Assembly (NCBI GenBank): GCA_034530615.2
Contig: JAVRCV020000052.1
Span: 128,001-192,000, forward strand
Source: Aulosira sp. ZfuVER01
GTDB lineage: Bacteria; Cyanobacteriota; Cyanobacteriia; Cyanobacteriales; Nostocaceae
Length of the DNA: 64,000 bases
Reading direction: 5' to 3'
Below, piece by piece: positions 59,814-64,000 of the stretch. Under the pieces are notes generated by a model, which saw only the letters and a list, made by a program, of their open reading frames with translations, made no database searches and was not told where the DNA came from. The position numbers were made by a program, and so were the translations under genes. Positions within the stretch are counted from its first letter, which is position 1. Each line of letters opens with the position of its first letter.

Positions 59814-60369
59814 CATTATTAATCTTTCTTAAAAGAGAAAATTAAAAAGTAAAAATATCCAAAATTTCTTTACTTTTTAATGGTCTATATTATCTAGTAA
59901 TTTTCCCAGTTTTGTAATTGAATATGTATGATTGTTTGCCAAAAACCAGAGTTTTAGAGACTTGGTACTTCAGAGCAAAACAATTCAAAATTGACTTAGC
60001 TTTCTGGTGTCAATTGTGACAGTCAATCCAAAACTGGATACTGTAGTTAATTGGTTAAATTTCAACCAATATGGATGCGAATACCAATGAGTGTAAACAT
60101 AATTTTGCACTTCATCGGAGAAAATATGCTGATACCCACCAGAGAAAACTCAGCAAATTAGCCTGTTATAACACAAATTGAAAATTGAGTAGGGGAGGAA
60201 CTGAGTTACCAAAAAAATTTTTAAAATAAATTAGTGCTATTTTTTATACAGAATTAGACAAAATGCTTCATGGCATTTTTCTAAAAAAAGTAGTACTAAT
60301 CCTGATAATACTTGTAGCTTATATGGCAAAACCCCCATAGTGTATCAATGGGGACAATATCAACCAACA

Positions 60370-63300
60370 ATGTTATCTAAACTTCAGACAGTCCAATCTC
60401 TCAACCGCTTAGTTGAGAAAGCTTATATCAATATAATGCCCCTAAGATCTGCTTTAATTGTGCCGATTGTGTTGCAATGTTGTGGATTAGTGGGACTTGT
60501 AAGCTATCTGGCGTTGCACAACGGACAAAAAGCGGTAACAGAAATGGCAACTCAGTTAGCAAGTGAAATCTGCGATCGCATCGAACAACACCTCGATCAA
60601 TACCTAACGACTCCTCAGCAAATCAATCAAGTGAACTGGGATGTGATGCAGCTAGGTTTGTTCAATCTCCCTGACTTGGAAACAACCAGACACTACCTTT
60701 GGAAACAAATGCAGGTTTCAGATATTGGCTACAGTAAGTTTGCCAACCCCAAAGGTGAATTTATCGGGATTGAACGCCTCAATGACGGCACTTTATTGAT
60801 TAAGGAGGTTTTGCAAAAAAATGGTATTGGTAAACTTTATGTTTACACGACAGATCGGCAAGGAAATCGCAGCTATCTTAAGGAAGTTAAAAATTACGAT
60901 CCTCGTCTAGAAGCTTGGTATATAAATGCAATTAATCTTGGCAAGCCTGTCAGGAGTCAAATTTATCAATGGCAGAATAAACCAAAAATTCTCTCCCTAT
61001 CTTCCAGCTATCCGCTTTACGATCGCACTCACAAACTAGTTGGCGTAATTGATATCAATTTGCTCTCGTCAAAAATTAGCCAATTTTTAGGTAAATTAAA
61101 CGTTGGTGACGGAGGCAGAGCCTTTATCTTAGATCGTTCTGGACTCATCGTAGCTTCCTCCACACCAGAACTACCAAACATTACCATTCGAGGTAATCAA
61201 GATTCCTTAATCAAACTCACAACTAAATATTTGCGCCAACAATTTGGCAGCTTAGGGTTTGTAGTTGGCAAACAACAGATTAGCTTTACCACCAAAGAAA
61301 CACGTTATTTTGTCAAGGTAAAAAATTGGCAGGACGAATTTGGTCTTGACTGGCTGATTGTGGTGGTGATTTCCGAAGCCGATTTTATGAAACAAATTTA
61401 CCCTAACAGCACTAATATCTTTTTATTTCTAGTCGCCTTTTTAATAGTTGCACAATTTGGTATTCTAACTGCTCATTGGTTAATTAAGCTAATTATGCAA
61501 TTCAATAAATCAGCTAAGTGGGAACAGACAATAGAAAATCAGCCTATCGAGGAACAAGGAAAATTAGCTAAATTATCTAATAGTAGAGAAAATCAACAGC
61601 AAGAGTCTGTTGCTGGATCAAAATTAAATAAAATCTTATCTGAAAATCAGAGTCAGCCAACTAAGTTTTTCACAGCTATACCCATAAGTGGAACAAGTTT
61701 AGGCGGAAAGCAGCTTGTAGTTAAATATCGTCTACCTGCATTGAAAGCATTACCAGGGCAAAGCTTTAGAGTTAAAGACTTAGAAGTTCGCCATCCTGAA
61801 AAGATGACACCGATGGAAGCTGTCAGAATGCCAATATATGACGAATTGGGCAATATTGCTGCTACCATCCCTAACTTTTCTGACGTTACCCAACCTCAAC
61901 AAGCAGATAAATTATTAACGCAATACAATCGCCTTTTAGAATTACAAGTCAAAAAGCGTACCCAAGAACTCTTAAAAGTTATTCAACAACTACAAACTAC
62001 CCAAAAACAACTGATTCAATCTCAAAAAATCGCAGCCAGAGGAAGATTAGCTGCCGAACGGGCAAACCGTGCCAAAAGCAAATTTCTGGCCAACATGAGC
62101 CATGAATTGCGTACTCCACTCAATGCCATTCTCGGTTTCACCCAAGTTATGAGTAATGACAATTCTTTATCTTCGGAAAATAAAGAAAATTTGGCCATTA
62201 TCAATCGTGCTGGTGAGCATCTCCTCAATTTAATCAATGACATTTTGGAGATGTCTAAAATCGAAGCTGGTAAAACTACTTTCAATGTCAACAGTTTTGA
62301 CTTAATTCGGTTGTTGAAAAGCTTAGAAGAGATGTTTTGCCTGCGTGCTGCTTCTAAAGATTTACAACTAGTATTTGTGTATGCCGCCGATCTACCCCAA
62401 TATGTGCAAACTGATGAAAGTAAACTGCGTCAAGTTTTGCTGAATCTTTTGGGCAATGCCATCAAGTTTACTCATAAAGGTAATGTGACACTGCGAGCGA
62501 GCTGGGAAGCAGGAGAGCAAGACGATCTGAGGCTGTTTTTTGAAGTCCAAGATACTGGCCCTGGTATTGCTCCTCAAGAAATTGAACTTTTATTTGAAGC
62601 TTTTGGGCAAACCGAAACTGGCAGGAATTCGCAACAGGGGACAGGACTAGGCTTAACTATTAGCCGTAAATATATACAAATGATGGGTGGAGATATTACT
62701 GTTACTAGTACTTTAGGTGAGGGAAGTAAATTTATTTTTGATATTCAAATTAGCCCAGCTTCCGCTAGCGAAATTCGGATTCAGCAACGTCAAAACCAAG
62801 TGATTGGGTTAGCACCCGATCAAGGAGAATATCGCATCTTAGTAGTTGACGATATGAGAGATAGTCGGCTGGTGTTAGTTAAAATGCTGACAGCTATTGG
62901 TTTTAGTGTACAGGAAGCTAGTAATGGTCAAGAAGCGATCGCCCAATATCTGGAATGGCAACCACACCTGATTTTTATGGATATGCGGATGCCAGTTATG
63001 GACGGCTACGAAGCAACAAAAGCGATCAAAAAACAAGTGGGGTATAAAGAAGAAATATTACCACCTCATCTCCAAACACGCAGAATAGCTACTGGTCAAC
63101 AGTTAACAGTCTCAGTATGCACCAGTAGGGAAACCAAGCACGTCCCGGTGATTATCGCCTTAACTGCCAGCGCTTTTGAGGAAGAACGACAGAAAATTTT
63201 ATCAATAGGTTGCGATGATTTTATCCGCAAGCCATTTACAAAAGAAGTATTACTAGAAAAAGTCAGCGAACATCTAGGTGTAAAATATATCAGCCCAGTA

Positions 63301-63561
63301 GAAACTGCAAATACAGCAGCTAGTCAACAAACCGAGATATTTCCTAGCGAAGCTGAACTAATCTGGCATTTGTCGCAAATGCCTCCGCAGTGGTTAAGGA
63401 ATATACGTCATGCCGCAGCTAGCTGTAGCGATGACATGATTTTAGAGTTGCTTGAGCAAATTCCCCCAGAAAAAAGTCAACTTTTACGGCTTTTCCGGAA
63501 TTTAGCGAACAACTATCAGTTTGAAAAAATTATGGAATTGACTAGAACAAACGCAGAATGA
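60370..63561 (+). CDS. Hybrid sensor histidine kinase (TM-dCache-TM, eroded HAMP/PAS, HisKA, HATPase, REC)
   Basis: YDPRLEAWY Cache motif, FLANMSHELRTPLNAI, NLLGNAIKFT, GTGLGL, FMDMRMPVMDG; alternative start GTG at 60340. Confidence 0.88.
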   Translation: MLSKLQTVQSLNRLVEKAYINIMPLRSALIVPIVLQCCGLVGLVSYLALHNGQKAVTEMATQLASEICDRIEQHLDQYLTTPQQINQVNWDVMQLGLFNLPDLETTRHYLWKQMQVSDIGYSKFANPKGEFIGIERLNDGTLLIKEVLQKNGIGKLYVYTTDRQGNRSYLKEVKNYDPRLEAWYINAINLGKPVRSQIYQWQNKPKILSLSSSYPLYDRTHKLVGVIDINLLSSKISQFLGKLNVGDGGRAFILDRSGLIVASSTPELPNITIRGNQDSLIKLTTKYLRQQFGSLGFVVGKQQISFTTKETRYFVKVKNWQDEFGLDWLIVVVISEADFMKQIYPNSTNIFLFLVAFLIVAQFGILTAHWLIKLIMQFNKSAKWEQTIENQPIEEQGKLAKLSNSRENQQQESVAGSKLNKILSENQSQPTKFFTAIPISGTSLGGKQLVVKYRLPALKALPGQSFRVKDLEVRHPEKMTPMEAVRMPIYDELGNIAATIPNFSDVTQPQQADKLLTQYNRLLELQVKKRTQELLKVIQQLQTTQKQLIQSQKIAARGRLAAERANRAKSKFLANMSHELRTPLNAILGFTQVMSNDNSLSSENKENLAIINRAGEHLLNLINDILEMSKIEAGKTTFNVNSFDLIRLLKSLEEMFCLRAASKDLQLVFVYAADLPQYVQTDESKLRQVLLNLLGNAIKFTHKGNVTLRASWEAGEQDDLRLFFEVQDTGPGIAPQEIELLFEAFGQTETGRNSQQGTGLGLTISRKYIQMMGGDITVTSTLGEGSKFIFDIQISPASASEIRIQQRQNQVIGLAPDQGEYRILVVDDMRDSRLVLVKMLTAIGFSVQEASNGQEAIAQYLEWQPHLIFMDMRMPVMDGYEATKAIKKQVGYKEEILPPHLQTRRIATGQQLTVSVCTSRETKHVPVIIALTASAFEEERQKILSIGCDDFIRKPFTKEVLLEKVSEHLGVKYISPVETANTAASQQTEIFPSEAELIWHLSQMPPQWLRNIRHAAASCSDDMILELLEQIPPEKSQLLRLFRNLANNYQFEKIMELTRTNAE

Positions 63562-64000
63562 ACTACGAGCGGTTAGACCCTGAGAAAAAAGATATTTTGC
63601 TGATTGACGATATGGCAGATAACCTGCGAGTTTTATCCTCTCTGCTAACCAGAGAAGGATATAACGTTCGCAAAGCTTTAAACTGGCAAATGGCTTTAAC
63701 TGCTTGTCAAACAGTATTACCAGATTTGATTTTACTTGACATTATGATGCCGGAGGTTGATGGCTATGAGGTTTGTCAGCGTCTAAAGGCTTGGGATCTG
63801 ACTGCTAAGATTCCCGTCATTTTTATTAGCGCCTTAGATGATGTTTTTGACAAAATCAAAGCCTTTAAGGTAGGGGGTGTAGATTACATTAGCAAACCTT
63901 TTGAACTGCAAGAAGTATTAGTGCGGGTACAAAATCAATTGGCACTGAGATCTGCACAACAAGAAGTGATCAAGCTCAACATCGAACTCGAACAAAGGGT
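63558..64000 (+). CDS. Response-regulator receiver-domain protein, 3' end outside the window
   Basis: ATGA overlap with the kinase stop; MNYERLDPEKKDILLIDDMADNLR...LILLDIMMPEVDGYEVC...DYISKPF, open to the window end. Confidence 0.9.
   Translation, partial: MNYERLDPEKKDILLIDDMADNLRVLSSLLTREGYNVRKALNWQMALTACQTVLPDLILLDIMMPEVDGYEVCQRLKAWDLTAKIPVIFISALDDVFDKIKAFKVGGVDYISKPFELQEVLVRVQNQLALRSAQQEVIKLNIELEQR

Noticed and set aside
1..64000. tRNA, rRNA, transposase, integrase or prophage genes
   Set aside because: No cloverleaf or rRNA-like sequence and no DDE, HUH, tyrosine/serine recombinase or phage structural motifs were recognised by eye; tRNAscan and Rfam were not run.

Overview
This 64-kb window is cyanobacterial chromosome. 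The HIP1 octamer GCGATCGC is frequent, and the STRR/SDR-type short repeats suggest a filamentous Nostocales-like strain. Most of it is housekeeping or signalling: tldD, coaE, cobA/hemD, tocopherol genes, ktrBA, queA, lnt, gyrA, ycf45, ldpA, ruvC, yvcK, tsaE, dihydroorotase, lepB and several two-component proteins. No rRNA, tRNA, CRISPR array, transposase, integrase or reverse transcriptase was seen. The best candidate for a novel system is a translationally coupled gene pair at 912-4492: a small helical protein followed by an NB-ARC/TPR (NLR-like) receptor. The C-terminus of the small protein and the N-terminus of the receptor share a ~23-aa N/G/I-rich motif that is conserved as protein but diverged at synonymous sites. 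This is the architecture of amyloid-signalling (BASS/RHIM-like) immune and cell-death pairs, and the sensor array has 13 near-identical TPRs with hypervariable positions. Other notable items: (1) an antisense four-helix-bundle gene flanked by inverted G-rich tandem arrays inside a signalling operon, resembling an intervening sequence; (2) an ethylene-receptor-type kinase; (3) twin GAF-LuxR modules with symmetrically diverged palindromic operators; (4) repeat-derived in-frame insertions in queA and ldpA; (5) several decaying genes. All functional calls come from motif recognition by eye; no searches were run.
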